A DNA stretch of 32,000 bases from Candidatus Nitrosopumilus koreensis AR1 (GCF_000299365.1 NC_018655.1:540001-572000); one strand, 5' to 3'; shown: positions 18,287-25,902, numbered from the stretch's first letter. The notes: generated by a model not told the origin, from the sequence alone. Program-made: numbers and translations.

Positions 18287-18339
18287 AATATGGTGTATTT
18301 GTAATAACTTATAGAATTTTTGTTATATCTCATTCGTGA

Positions 18340-19218
18340 TTATTTGGATTCGTTAATTCTTTTAATATATTCTATAATTCCTGTGTAGTCTATTCCGCCT
18401 AACCCTTCCTTTACTGCATTTTCATAAACTTCTTCAGCTTTTTTTATCATGGGTAACTCAATCCCTAATGATTTTGCTGCATTAGTTATTGTGGAGATAT
18501 CTTTTTTGAGATTTGCAAGTGTAAATGTTGGCTCGTATTTTCCATCTATCATTTTGAATGCTTTATTTTCACTCATCCCTGTTTTGAAATACGTAGAGTT
18601 TAAAATTTCAAGAAAAATTTTAGGATCAACTCCAGCTTTTTTCACTAATGTGATTCCTTCAGATAATCCAAGTGCAAGCATGGTGATTTGTAGATTCATG
18701 GCTAGTTTGATAGAATGAGCAACGCCATTTTCGCCTAAAAAAAACACCTTGTTTGCAATCGTCTCAAATACCTCTTTACAGTTCTCAAAACTTTCTTTGT
18801 CCCCTGATGCCATCATAACTAAATCCCCTGTAATTGCTACATTGGGACCTCCCATTACTGGTATGTCTAATTTGTTTATGCCGTGTTCTTGAAATTTTTC
18901 TGAAATGTTTTTTGATTCTGAAGGGTCGATGGTACTCATGTCTGCAACAATCAATCCTTCCTTTCTTCCCTTCACAATTCCGTTTTCTCCAAACGACACC
19001 TGCTTTACTGCATCTGCATCTTTTACAACTATAACTACTAATTCTGATTTTTCTGCAACGTCTTTAGGCGCATCTACAATGGTCGCCCCTTTTTCTTTTG
19101 CTTGTATTGTTTTGTCTTTGTTTCTATTGAATACTGTAACCTCAAATCCAGAATCTAACAAATGTAATGCAACTGCATTTCCAAGCATTCCTAACCCTAT
19201 GATTCCTATCTTTTTCAT
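18340..19218 (-). CDS. NAD(P)-dependent beta-hydroxyacid dehydrogenase (3-hydroxyisobutyrate / 6-phosphogluconate dehydrogenase-like)
   Basis: KIGIIGLGMLGNAVALHLLDSGFEVTVFNRN Rossmann N terminus. A HIBADH-type C-terminal helical domain (KLAMNL...). 292 aa. Confidence 0.85.
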   Translation of the reverse strand: MKKIGIIGLGMLGNAVALHLLDSGFEVTVFNRNKDKTIQAKEKGATIVDAPKDVAEKSELVVIVVKDADAVKQVSFGENGIVKGRKEGLIVADMSTIDPSESKNISEKFQEHGINKLDIPVMGGPNVAITGDLVMMASGDKESFENCKEVFETIANKVFFLGENGVAHSIKLAMNLQITMLALGLSEGITLVKKAGVDPKIFLEILNSTYFKTGMSENKAFKMIDGKYEPTFTLANLKKDISTITNAAKSLGIELPMIKKAEEVYENAVKEGLGGIDYTGIIEYIKRINESK

Positions 19219-19221
19219 GTT

Positions 19222-19608
19222 CTAATGTCGCTCCTCATCTTCAATTTCCCATTGACTATTTCCAAATCTTGGGGCTGAAAATTTTAGTTGTCCAACTGTT
19301 TTGTCTCCCTTTTTGACCTTGGCAAAATCAAATTTTTTCACACTAAGGATCTTTTCTTTTGGTTTGTATCCTCCTTCGATAACTTTTACTTTGAATCTTT
19401 TACTTGCCTTGATTATCATTTTTCTTGCAGTTTGAACATCCCCCATCCATGAAAACATCTCAAATTCACCAAAATTTTTTGTAGATACATTATATCCATA
19501 TAGCCTTGCTTCAAGTTTTATTTTTTGGGACTTTGCATGTTCGTTTAGCCAAGCAACAACTTCTTCGCCATGGCCTTTCTCCACACCAAAAGTTTCTGAA
19601 TCCCTCAT
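19222..19608 (-). CDS. Hypothetical 128-aa protein, immediately upstream of and co-oriented with the dehydrogenase gene
   Basis: Clean ORF with an ATG start. Its stop lies 3 nt before the downstream gene's ATG. No motif recognised. Confidence 0.55.
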   Translation of the reverse strand: MRDSETFGVEKGHGEEVVAWLNEHAKSQKIKLEARLYGYNVSTKNFGEFEMFSWMGDVQTARKMIIKASKRFKVKVIEGGYKPKEKILSVKKFDFAKVKKGDKTVGQLKFSAPRFGNSQWEIEDEERH

Positions 19609-19689
19609 CTACACAAACCACAATATTGAACAATAATAATCATTTTCAATAATTGTTAAACTAAAATAATGATTTGAATCAAATTATTC

Positions 19690-20058
19690 ATGCTTACGAT
19701 TGACTGCAGGGATGTCTTATCTATCAAACATGAATTGGTAGTTTATGTCTCAGATCAGGTTGCAGCCATACCAACTCTGAAAAACAACCAATTCACTCTG
19801 TCTACATTAGATGATGATGAGATTATTGACACCAATACTGTAATTACTGCAATCAAAGAATTTTTGGATTCTATCGGTGAAGGCAGAAATTTTGCTGTTA
19901 TAGGAAATAACGAGATGATTAGCATTACTTCTGTATCTGGAAAAACAATTGAAAGGGAGCAAACTCAACAACAAGAAATGTTTTCGTGTACTCACTGTGG
20001 ATTTGTAACACGCTATCAAGTTGAACTAGAAACTCATATGAGAATCCATTATCTCTGA
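19690..20058 (+). CDS. Hypothetical protein with C-terminal classical C2H2 zinc finger
   Basis: FSCTHCGFVTRYQVELETHMRIH equals (F/Y)xCxxCx12Hx3H, preceded by an unrecognised ~95-aa domain. Confidence 0.6.
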   Translation: MLTIDCRDVLSIKHELVVYVSDQVAAIPTLKNNQFTLSTLDDDEIIDTNTVITAIKEFLDSIGEGRNFAVIGNNEMISITSVSGKTIEREQTQQQEMFSCTHCGFVTRYQVELETHMRIHYL

Positions 20059-20351
20059 ATCTTTTTAAAAATTCTTGGAATCGTATTCTTTCTAATTTCT
20101 GAGGCCTCTATTGCCATTGCAAAATTATAATGCGGAAATCTTTCTTTGTATTCGGTAATGTAACTCTGTGCTACATTCTGTGTTTGAAAATTCACTCTGA
20201 CACCATCTAATTTGATTTCTTTGCCAAAAACATCGTAAATCACTATTGAATGTCTATTTGGATTTACATAGAATTTTGTACTGCAATACCATGCAACTCC
20301 TAATACCACAACAAAAAAACCTGTCACAAATTTGTCTAGAATTTTTCTCAT
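20049..20351 (-). CDS. Hypothetical N-terminally anchored small protein
   Basis: 100 aa with a single TM (FVTGFFVVVLGVAWYC). No family recognised. Confidence 0.45.
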   Translation of the reverse strand: MRKILDKFVTGFFVVVLGVAWYCSTKFYVNPNRHSIVIYDVFGKEIKLDGVRVNFQTQNVAQSYITEYKERFPHYNFAMAIEASEIRKNTIPRIFKKIQR

Positions 20352-20401
20352 ATCTTGATTTTCAACAGGATCTTTATAAGCACTAATCTCGGTAATTTGT
20401 T

Positions 20402-20599
20402 ATGGATAAACCATCTCGAAACAATGTCGCAAAAGTTTATTGCGAAAAATGTGATCTTGTATTTGAGTCTCGTGAGAGATTTGAAAAACATCTTGATAGC
20501 CATTCTTCTGGTGTTCAATGTGAGGTTTGTCCAATTGACACTGCCATTGCAAAATTCACCAATCTGTTTAAACGAAAATCATCTCATAATTTGGAATAA
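20402..20599 (+). CDS. Small C2H2 zinc-finger protein
   Basis: YCEKCDLVFESRERFEKHLDSH equals CxxCx12Hx3H, followed by a CEVC pair. It is preferred over the overlapping out-of-frame ORF 20355..20609. Confidence 0.6.
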   Translation: MDKPSRNNVAKVYCEKCDLVFESRERFEKHLDSHSSGVQCEVCPIDTAIAKFTNLFKRKSSHNLE

Positions 20600-20631
20600 G
20601 TTTTTTTAACTCATCTCTGATATTTTCGAAC

Positions 20632-21294
20632 ATGAACAAAAAAGGCGTAATTATAGGTGTCGTTGTTATTGCAATTATTGTTGGAGTTGCAGCATCTTTG
20701 TCTTCAACCCCTACCGAAACTGTGAATATTGACATGACTAGAACTCATGGAACCATTTCTACTTCTATGGGGTCTCCTATCTTGGGTGATCCCTCTGCTC
20801 CTGTAACCATTGTTGAATTTGGTGATTACCAATGTCACCAATGCTATAACTGGTTTCATAATACAAAACCTGCCATAACTCGTGATTACATTGACACTGG
20901 GAAAGCCAACTTGATTTTTGTTGATATGGCATTCTTGGGAAGAGATTCAGGTCCTGCAGCTCAAGCAACTTACTGTGCTGAAGACCAAGGAATGTACTGG
21001 GAGTATCATGACACACTTTACAATTCACAAGAAGATAAAATTGATAATGGTTGGGCTAACACTGAAAGACTAAAGGCTTTTGCATTTTCTATGGGGTTAG
21101 ATATGGACTTGTTTGAAAGTTGTCTTGATTCTGGAAAATATTCTAAACGTGTTCAGTATAACACTCAGCAAGCAAGAGATCATGGTGTAAGAGGAACACC
21201 TGGATTCTTTATTGTAGGGCCTGATGGTCAACAACAGATTGCTGGCGCACAACCATTTTCAGTGTTTAAACAAATTTTGGATCCATTGGTATAG
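20632..21294 (+). CDS. Membrane-anchored DsbA-family thiol:disulfide oxidoreductase
   Basis: N-terminal TM VIIGVVVIAIIVGVAASL. Thioredoxin-fold active site FGDYQCHQCYNW (CxxC). GTPGFFI cis-Pro-loop region. Confidence 0.85.
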   Translation: MNKKGVIIGVVVIAIIVGVAASLSSTPTETVNIDMTRTHGTISTSMGSPILGDPSAPVTIVEFGDYQCHQCYNWFHNTKPAITRDYIDTGKANLIFVDMAFLGRDSGPAAQATYCAEDQGMYWEYHDTLYNSQEDKIDNGWANTERLKAFAFSMGLDMDLFESCLDSGKYSKRVQYNTQQARDHGVRGTPGFFIVGPDGQQQIAGAQPFSVFKQILDPLV

Positions 21295-21774
21295 ATGACA
21301 AACACAATCAAAATTGTCTTTTCAAATTCAAAATACCTTGTGCTTTCTTTTGTAATTTTCTCAATCATGCTAATAGGATTGTTGATATCATCTGAATACA
21401 TTTTCTTAGAGCCATACGTTGTAAGTCATCTTCCATCTGGCACTGAATTGGGATTTGTTCTTATTGTAACTCTTTCTGCATTATCTGCACTAGTTCTTCC
21501 GATGAATGTTTTTAGGATTAATGTTTTAAAAAGTTCAAAACAAAAAATGGGTGGCAGTGTTGTTGGTTCTTTTGTTGGGGCAGCAGCTGGTGCATGTAGT
21601 TGTGGCCCAATCGGATTTGCCGTAATCTCCACATTTGGATCAGTTGGCGCTACTGCGACTGCCTTTTTGACAAATTATGAAATTCCACTTAGAATAATTG
21701 CAATTGGTATTTTGGCAATTACCTATTTTACAACTGTAAAATCTCTCAAAACTGAGTGTAAAATCAACTCTTGA
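21295..21774 (+). CDS. Small 4-TM membrane protein with intramembrane CxC motif (GACSCGP)
   Basis: The ATG directly follows the dsbA-like TAG stop (TAGATG). Four hydrophobic segments. Cys101-x-Cys103 (21595..21603) lies in a Gly/Ala-rich third segment. No family recognised. Confidence 0.65.
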   Translation: MTNTIKIVFSNSKYLVLSFVIFSIMLIGLLISSEYIFLEPYVVSHLPSGTELGFVLIVTLSALSALVLPMNVFRINVLKSSKQKMGGSVVGSFVGAAAGACSCGPIGFAVISTFGSVGATATAFLTNYEIPLRIIAIGILAITYFTTVKSLKTECKINS

Positions 21775-22018
21775 TTTTGATTCATTAGAAATTACCATTT
21801 AGGCAAACGTTTTCAACCTTTGAATGTATCTTAAAGTCTGATGCAATATTGGTGTGACATTCATTTATGTTCCAATTAGGCCAAGCAGGAGAGATCCTGA
21901 TGCTGACGAAATAGAAGATGCTGAAGACTAGCATCTTTTCCTATTTGTATTGTTCAGTAATGAATTTGTGAATTTTACAAAGTCGAGCTATTTATTTGCC
22001 TTTTTCAAGTTTAACGTA

Positions 22019-22963
22019 ATGCAGAATTGGAATCTGATTGCTGGAATTTTGATAATTGCTAGTCCTATCCTATTTTCAATGATCGCATATCCTGATTCTG
22101 TAGCTTGGAGTTGGAATGAAGGTAGGGGCGGATATCTTTTTGCACTTGTTTTTGTTGTAGCTGAACTCATTGGTCTGAAAATTGTCATTTCAAAAAAACG
22201 ATTACTTACAGTAGTACCCATTGCATTACTGACTATCTCTTATCTTGTTTCATTAGAATATGGCTTGAGAGATTACATTATTTCATCTGCCGAACAATTT
22301 GATGTTCAGTTAATCTATTCGTGGACTTGGATGTGGGACTTTATTGTAATGGCAATCTTCATTGTTGTAGCATTGTCTATTTTCTTTGGAAAGAGATGGA
22401 TTAGAATTGCTCCTGCAGGACCTATCTTTCTAACTGGCACTGCAATCATCTTGTCTCTTGATGCATTTTTCCCATATGATACACTTGGACCATTACAATA
22501 CATTGTTCCATATTTTGTTCAAGCAAATGTGTGGGTGATCACACTGCTTGATCTTGGAACTGCTGTTGCAAGAGATAATGTGATGTTCTTGCGTGGAGAT
22601 CACGGCTCAATGGCTCTTCAGGTATTTTGGCCATCTGCTGGGGTTCATAGCATTATCATTTTCTCATTAGTAATTGGGGCATTCATGTTAAAGATGAATA
22701 TTCCTAGAGCACGAAAATCAATGTATTTTGTTTTGGGTATTATTGGAACAATCACTGTAAACCTAATTCGTATATTTTCTCTGTCTTGGTATGCGCTCAA
22801 AGTAACAACTGATCCTGTGGCTTGGGAGGAATATCACAAAATCGCAGGTGAAATAATGTTCTTACCGTGGCTATTTGCATTCATTTTGGTAGTTATTTTG
22901 ATAGAATCTAGGCGTCTGAAAAAACGAGAGGAACAAGAAAAATCATCATCTAAAAATAACTAG
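22019..22963 (+). CDS. Exosortase/archaeosortase-family membrane protein (ArtE-like)
   Basis: ATG at 22019 (MQNWNLIAG...) is preferred over the TTG at 21950. About 8 TM segments. C-terminal third carries the ordered motifs LQVFWPSAGVHSIIIF, TVNLIRIFSL and EEYHKIAGEIMF, corresponding to the family's C-(S/A)-G..S, N..R and H...G signatures. Ser sits in the Cys position. Confidence 0.6.
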   Translation: MQNWNLIAGILIIASPILFSMIAYPDSVAWSWNEGRGGYLFALVFVVAELIGLKIVISKKRLLTVVPIALLTISYLVSLEYGLRDYIISSAEQFDVQLIYSWTWMWDFIVMAIFIVVALSIFFGKRWIRIAPAGPIFLTGTAIILSLDAFFPYDTLGPLQYIVPYFVQANVWVITLLDLGTAVARDNVMFLRGDHGSMALQVFWPSAGVHSIIIFSLVIGAFMLKMNIPRARKSMYFVLGIIGTITVNLIRIFSLSWYALKVTTDPVAWEEYHKIAGEIMFLPWLFAFILVVILIESRRLKKREEQEKSSSKNN

Positions 22964-24044
22964 TAATGTCTCTTTGCCCTTGGTTCTCTGAAAGTTCTGA
23001 CACTTTGACTCCCAATCGCCTAACTGTGATTGTCTGATTTTCTAATGCTTCTTTGAGTAATTGTTGTGCTGTTTTATTCAATTCTTCTAAACTTGTAGTT
23101 GAATTTCTAAGCATTTTTGATTTTGATTTATTTGATAAATCTGATTGAACAAAGCTTATTCCAACTGATTTGAACATCTGATTCTTTTTTTGAATTATTT
23201 CATGAACTTCTTTACATAATTCTAATAAATTCTCTAAAAGAAATGTGTAGTCTTTTGAATCTTTTTTTAAAGTTACAATTTTTCCATGTTGAATGCTAGG
23301 TTCTCTTTTTTTTACTGGCTCATTGTCAATCCCTCTTACTGCATTATAGATGAAAGTACCACTTTTTCTACCAAACTCTTTATTCAAAGTAAACACATCA
23401 AGTTTTTTTAAATCTCCAATAGTCTCAAAATTCATTTCAGCAAATCTTTGTTCTGTCTTTTTTCCAATTCCTGGAATGTCTCTGATTTTTAATGATTCCA
23501 AAAACTGTTCAATTTTTTCTGATGATACAACTGTTAATCCATCTGGTTTTTGAAAATCAGATGCAATTTTTGAAATTAATTTATTTGGAGAAATTCCAAT
23601 TGAACAACTTAGTTTTGTTTTTTCTCTAATGGAATTTTTAATTTGTTGAGCCAAATGACTGGCTTTCTGAAAATTACCTTCCACTCTTTTTGTTACATCA
23701 AGATATGCCTCATCTCTTCCTACATATTCAAAAATATCTGAAAACTCTTCCATGATTTTCATTGCCTTTTCAGACATTTCAGAATAATAATCAAAATCAA
23801 CTGGTAAAAAAACCGCATCTTCCCTATCTTCTAACCTCTTTTTGGCAAAGACTATCGGTATTCCTGATTTGACTCCATATTTTCTTGCAGTATAGTTTGC
23901 TGTTGCAATAGCTCCGCTATCTCCCCCTCTATCTGAAAAAACACATACGCAAACTGGTTTTGATTTTAATTCTGGTGATCTTATCTCTTCACATTGCGCA
24001 TAGAAGTAATCAAAGTCTATGTGGAAAACTACCCTTGTTTCCAA
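22950..24044 (-). CDS. dinB: Y-family DNA polymerase IV (Dpo4/Dbh/DinB)
   Basis: VFHIDFDYFYAQCEE, SCSIGISPNKLISKIASD and IPGIGKKT (HhH) are classic Y-family motifs. Confidence 0.9.
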   Translation of the reverse strand: METRVVFHIDFDYFYAQCEEIRSPELKSKPVCVCVFSDRGGDSGAIATANYTARKYGVKSGIPIVFAKKRLEDREDAVFLPVDFDYYSEMSEKAMKIMEEFSDIFEYVGRDEAYLDVTKRVEGNFQKASHLAQQIKNSIREKTKLSCSIGISPNKLISKIASDFQKPDGLTVVSSEKIEQFLESLKIRDIPGIGKKTEQRFAEMNFETIGDLKKLDVFTLNKEFGRKSGTFIYNAVRGIDNEPVKKREPSIQHGKIVTLKKDSKDYTFLLENLLELCKEVHEIIQKKNQMFKSVGISFVQSDLSNKSKSKMLRNSTTSLEELNKTAQQLLKEALENQTITVRRLGVKVSELSENQGQRDITSYF

Positions 24045-24185
24045 TATTGTACGATGAACTTTAGATTATTACTATATTATGTATTCATCTAAACATCTTC
24101 GATCATCCCTTGTATTCAAATGCTTTAGTTCAAAACTAAACTAAACCAAAATTTGCAAAACGTTGATTGGTATGTGACCCCAAGG

Positions 24186-24244
24186 GGAAGTATAGTTGTG
24201 TCTATTCTATGGCAAATCAACTAACTATTGTCTTAATAAGCAGG
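24186..24244 (+). promoter_or_regulatory. 59-bp conserved element, copy A (inverted repeat plus TATA-like box)
   Basis: 51/59 identical to 24872..24930. It contains TAGTTG-N19-CAACTA, an internal TCTATTCTAT and a TTAATAA box. A conserved ATATG lies at the same offset (+65..+69) in both copies, and here its ATG (24253) opens an 80-aa ORF. Confidence 0.55.
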
Positions 24245-24252
24245 AACTGTAT

Positions 24253-24495
24253 ATGATAGTGGATAAAAAATACTACATGACACTTGAGAACAATGAATTA
24301 ACTGGAATTTTAAATGAAATTAGAAATGAACTTGTCAGTCAGATATCGCTGGCCAACAATCAAAACGAAAAAATTAGCATAAAAAAACTCTCTCAAAATG
24401 CCCATGAATTAGATCGAATAATTACTGTATCTGGGATTTCTGATGAAGATAAATTAATGTTGCAAAAAATTTTCTGCAACTCTAGTACAAAATAA
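24253..24495 (+). CDS. Hypothetical 80-aa protein downstream of element copy A
   Basis: In-frame ATG within listed ORF 24196..24495 (MIVDKKYYMTLENNELTG...). The exact start is uncertain (GTG 24259 or ATG 24277 are also possible). No motif recognised. Confidence 0.45.
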   Translation: MIVDKKYYMTLENNELTGILNEIRNELVSQISLANNQNEKISIKKLSQNAHELDRIITVSGISDEDKLMLQKIFCNSSTK

Positions 24496-24703
24496 TACAA
24501 CTGCCAAAAGTCTGAGATATGAAAAACAAGACCTTGAAAGAATACTTTCCAATCTGGAGGACTAGATATTATGAATAAAATACAATTGTACGGCCAAAAA
24601 ATATGTTCAGATTGTAAGAGAATGCATTGTCAAAATTGATGTAATTGTATCATTATTGGGATAATTATTGCTGTTACAATTTCTAATAAGTCCTACTTGA
24701 ATT

Positions 24704-24832
24704 CTAATTTTTTTCTTCACGAATATCTTTTTTTAATTTATCAAGAGTTTCCAAATATTCTTTTTTAGCTAAATTTTCAGGTTTTGTTTTGTTATTTTTG
24801 TTAACTTGTGGCTGTTTTGTTTGTTTTTTCAT
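24704..24832 (-). CDS. Possible 42-aa Lys-rich micro-protein, divergent from element copy B
   Basis: Hand translation gives MKKQTKQPQVNKNNKTKPENLAKKEYLETLDKLKKDIREEKN. Its only support is the ORF and its position. Confidence 0.25.
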   Translation of the reverse strand: MKKQTKQPQVNKNNKTKPENLAKKEYLETLDKLKKDIREEKN

Positions 24833-24871
24833 AATGATGTTCATTATGGTTAGTCACTCTAATAGTTAAGT

Positions 24872-24930
24872 GGAAGCATAGTTGCGTCTATTCTATAGCA
24901 AATCAACTACATCATGTCTTAATAAGCAAG
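24872..24930 (+). promoter_or_regulatory. 59-bp conserved element, copy B
   Basis: See copy A. Here the conserved ATG (24939) is followed at once by TAA, and the first usable ATG is 24947. Confidence 0.55.
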
Positions 24931-24946
24931 TTCGACATATGTAATT

Positions 24947-25048
24947 ATGTTCAAAAATATTCTTGCAAGACTGAAAGGAAAACAAGAAAAGATGTTAAAG
25001 GATGTAAACCCATTCAAAGAACCTGGAAAAACGAAACCAGAGGATCTA
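24947..25048 (+). CDS. Possible 33-aa micro-ORF downstream of element copy B
   Basis: Hand translation gives MFKNILARLKGKQEKMLKDVNPFKDLEKRNQRI. The ATG lies about 25 nt after the TTAATAA box, which would fit a leaderless transcript. There is no other support. Confidence 0.2.
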
Positions 25049-25056
25049 GAAAAATA

Positions 25057-25186
25057 AATGACATATCATTGCAAACACTGCAAATTTACTTGGGATTCCT
25101 CTGAAGGGGATATTCAAAAACTACTTCTTCATGAAAAGACTCATTTGAAAGAAAAGGCAACATACATTGCAGGAAAAACGGCATAA
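25057..25186 (+). pseudogene. Possible frameshifted C2H2-like mini zinc-finger gene
   Basis: ATG 25057 gives MTYHCKHC and then runs into a stop after 15 codons. The +1 frame continues KFTWDSSEGDIQKLLLHEKTHLKEKATYIAGKTA to the TAA at 25184..25186 but has no start codon. Removing one C near 25080/25081 (CACTGCCAAATT) would restore a 42-aa CxxC...HxxxH protein. Confidence 0.3.
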
Positions 25187-25190
25187 GACC

Positions 25191-25319
25191 ATGATTGCAA
25201 TTGATGATTTGAGATCATGTGAGAATTGTGGTAATGTGTTCTTAAAAAAAATAGCAAACAAGCTAACAAACAGATGTCCTGCGTGTAATGTGTGGAAGAA
25301 GGAAATTTCTATCCAATGA
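25191..25319 (+). CDS. 42-aa zinc-ribbon micro-protein
   Basis: Hand translation gives MIAIDDLRSCENCGNVFLKKIANKLTNRCPACNVWKKEISIQ (CxxC-x15-CxxC). Its TGA overlaps the next ORF's ATG in an ATGA junction (25316..25319). Confidence 0.45.
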   Translation: MIAIDDLRSCENCGNVFLKKIANKLTNRCPACNVWKKEISIQ

Positions 25320-25756
25320 CATCAAATGTGTTTGCTTGCAAAACCAAATTGAGTGAAGAGCGAGTAATACATACTACAGAATACATGCACAAAGACATAC
25401 CCGATGGAACTGAAGTTTGCATACTAAAACGTCCGTTAACACTTGAGGAATGGAGTCAGATTCTACAAAATCAGGAAATAGTTACAAAAATGACTGAACA
25501 GCAGGATAATTCAACACAAAATCCTAATGAGTATGTGCAGAAGATTAATTCTACAATAGAATATGGGGAAAATAAGATCAGGCAGATCCAAAAAAGGATC
25601 TCAAAAAACGAGGTAAACCAGGAATCAATGGAATCCCATTCAGATTATGACTACAAAGACTTACTCAAGGAATTAAACGAGTCAGAAAAGGAACATAAAA
25701 AAGATTTGAGATTGTTTCTTGACTTGCTTTGCAAATATAAAATCATAATCAAATGA
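25316..25756 (+). CDS. Hypothetical 146-aa protein
   Basis: ATG at 25316 (MTSNVFACKTKL...) is preferred to the GTG at 25292 because of the ATGA coupling with the preceding ORF. The C-terminal half is charged and coiled. No family recognised. Confidence 0.5.
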   Translation: MTSNVFACKTKLSEERVIHTTEYMHKDIPDGTEVCILKRPLTLEEWSQILQNQEIVTKMTEQQDNSTQNPNEYVQKINSTIEYGENKIRQIQKRISKNEVNQESMESHSDYDYKDLLKELNESEKEHKKDLRLFLDLLCKYKIIIK

Positions 25757-25902
25757 ATTCTGAAATATGTGCTGTCTTTGGCCTAATGGAATTCAGTAGG
25801 TTTTACTGCTCATTCCACCAATGATGTTTCTTTTCGACATTGTGGTGCAGGAATTTGTACAGTATTTTCTTGAGATAAGAAATATCTAACACAATATCCA
25901 AA

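Noticed and set aside
20355-20609. 84-aa ORF overlapping the C2H2 ORF in another frame
   Set aside because: The alternative frame (20402..20599) carries a perfect C2H2 signature. This one has none and starts with a non-ATG codon.
21854-21931. 25-codon acidic mini-ORF (VTFIYVPIRPSRRDPDADEIEDAED) upstream of the archaeosortase-like gene
   Set aside because: It has only a GTG or ATT start and no recognisable family. Its 3' end is better explained by the hairpin noted in the findings.
24519-24639. Overlapping 19-aa and 22-aa ORFs (MKNKTLKEYFPIWRTRYYE and MNKIQLYGQKICSDCKRMHCQN), and the 32-aa ORF at 27107..27205
   Set aside because: They are too short and unsupported. They are mentioned only as part of the micro-ORF-rich character of the islet.
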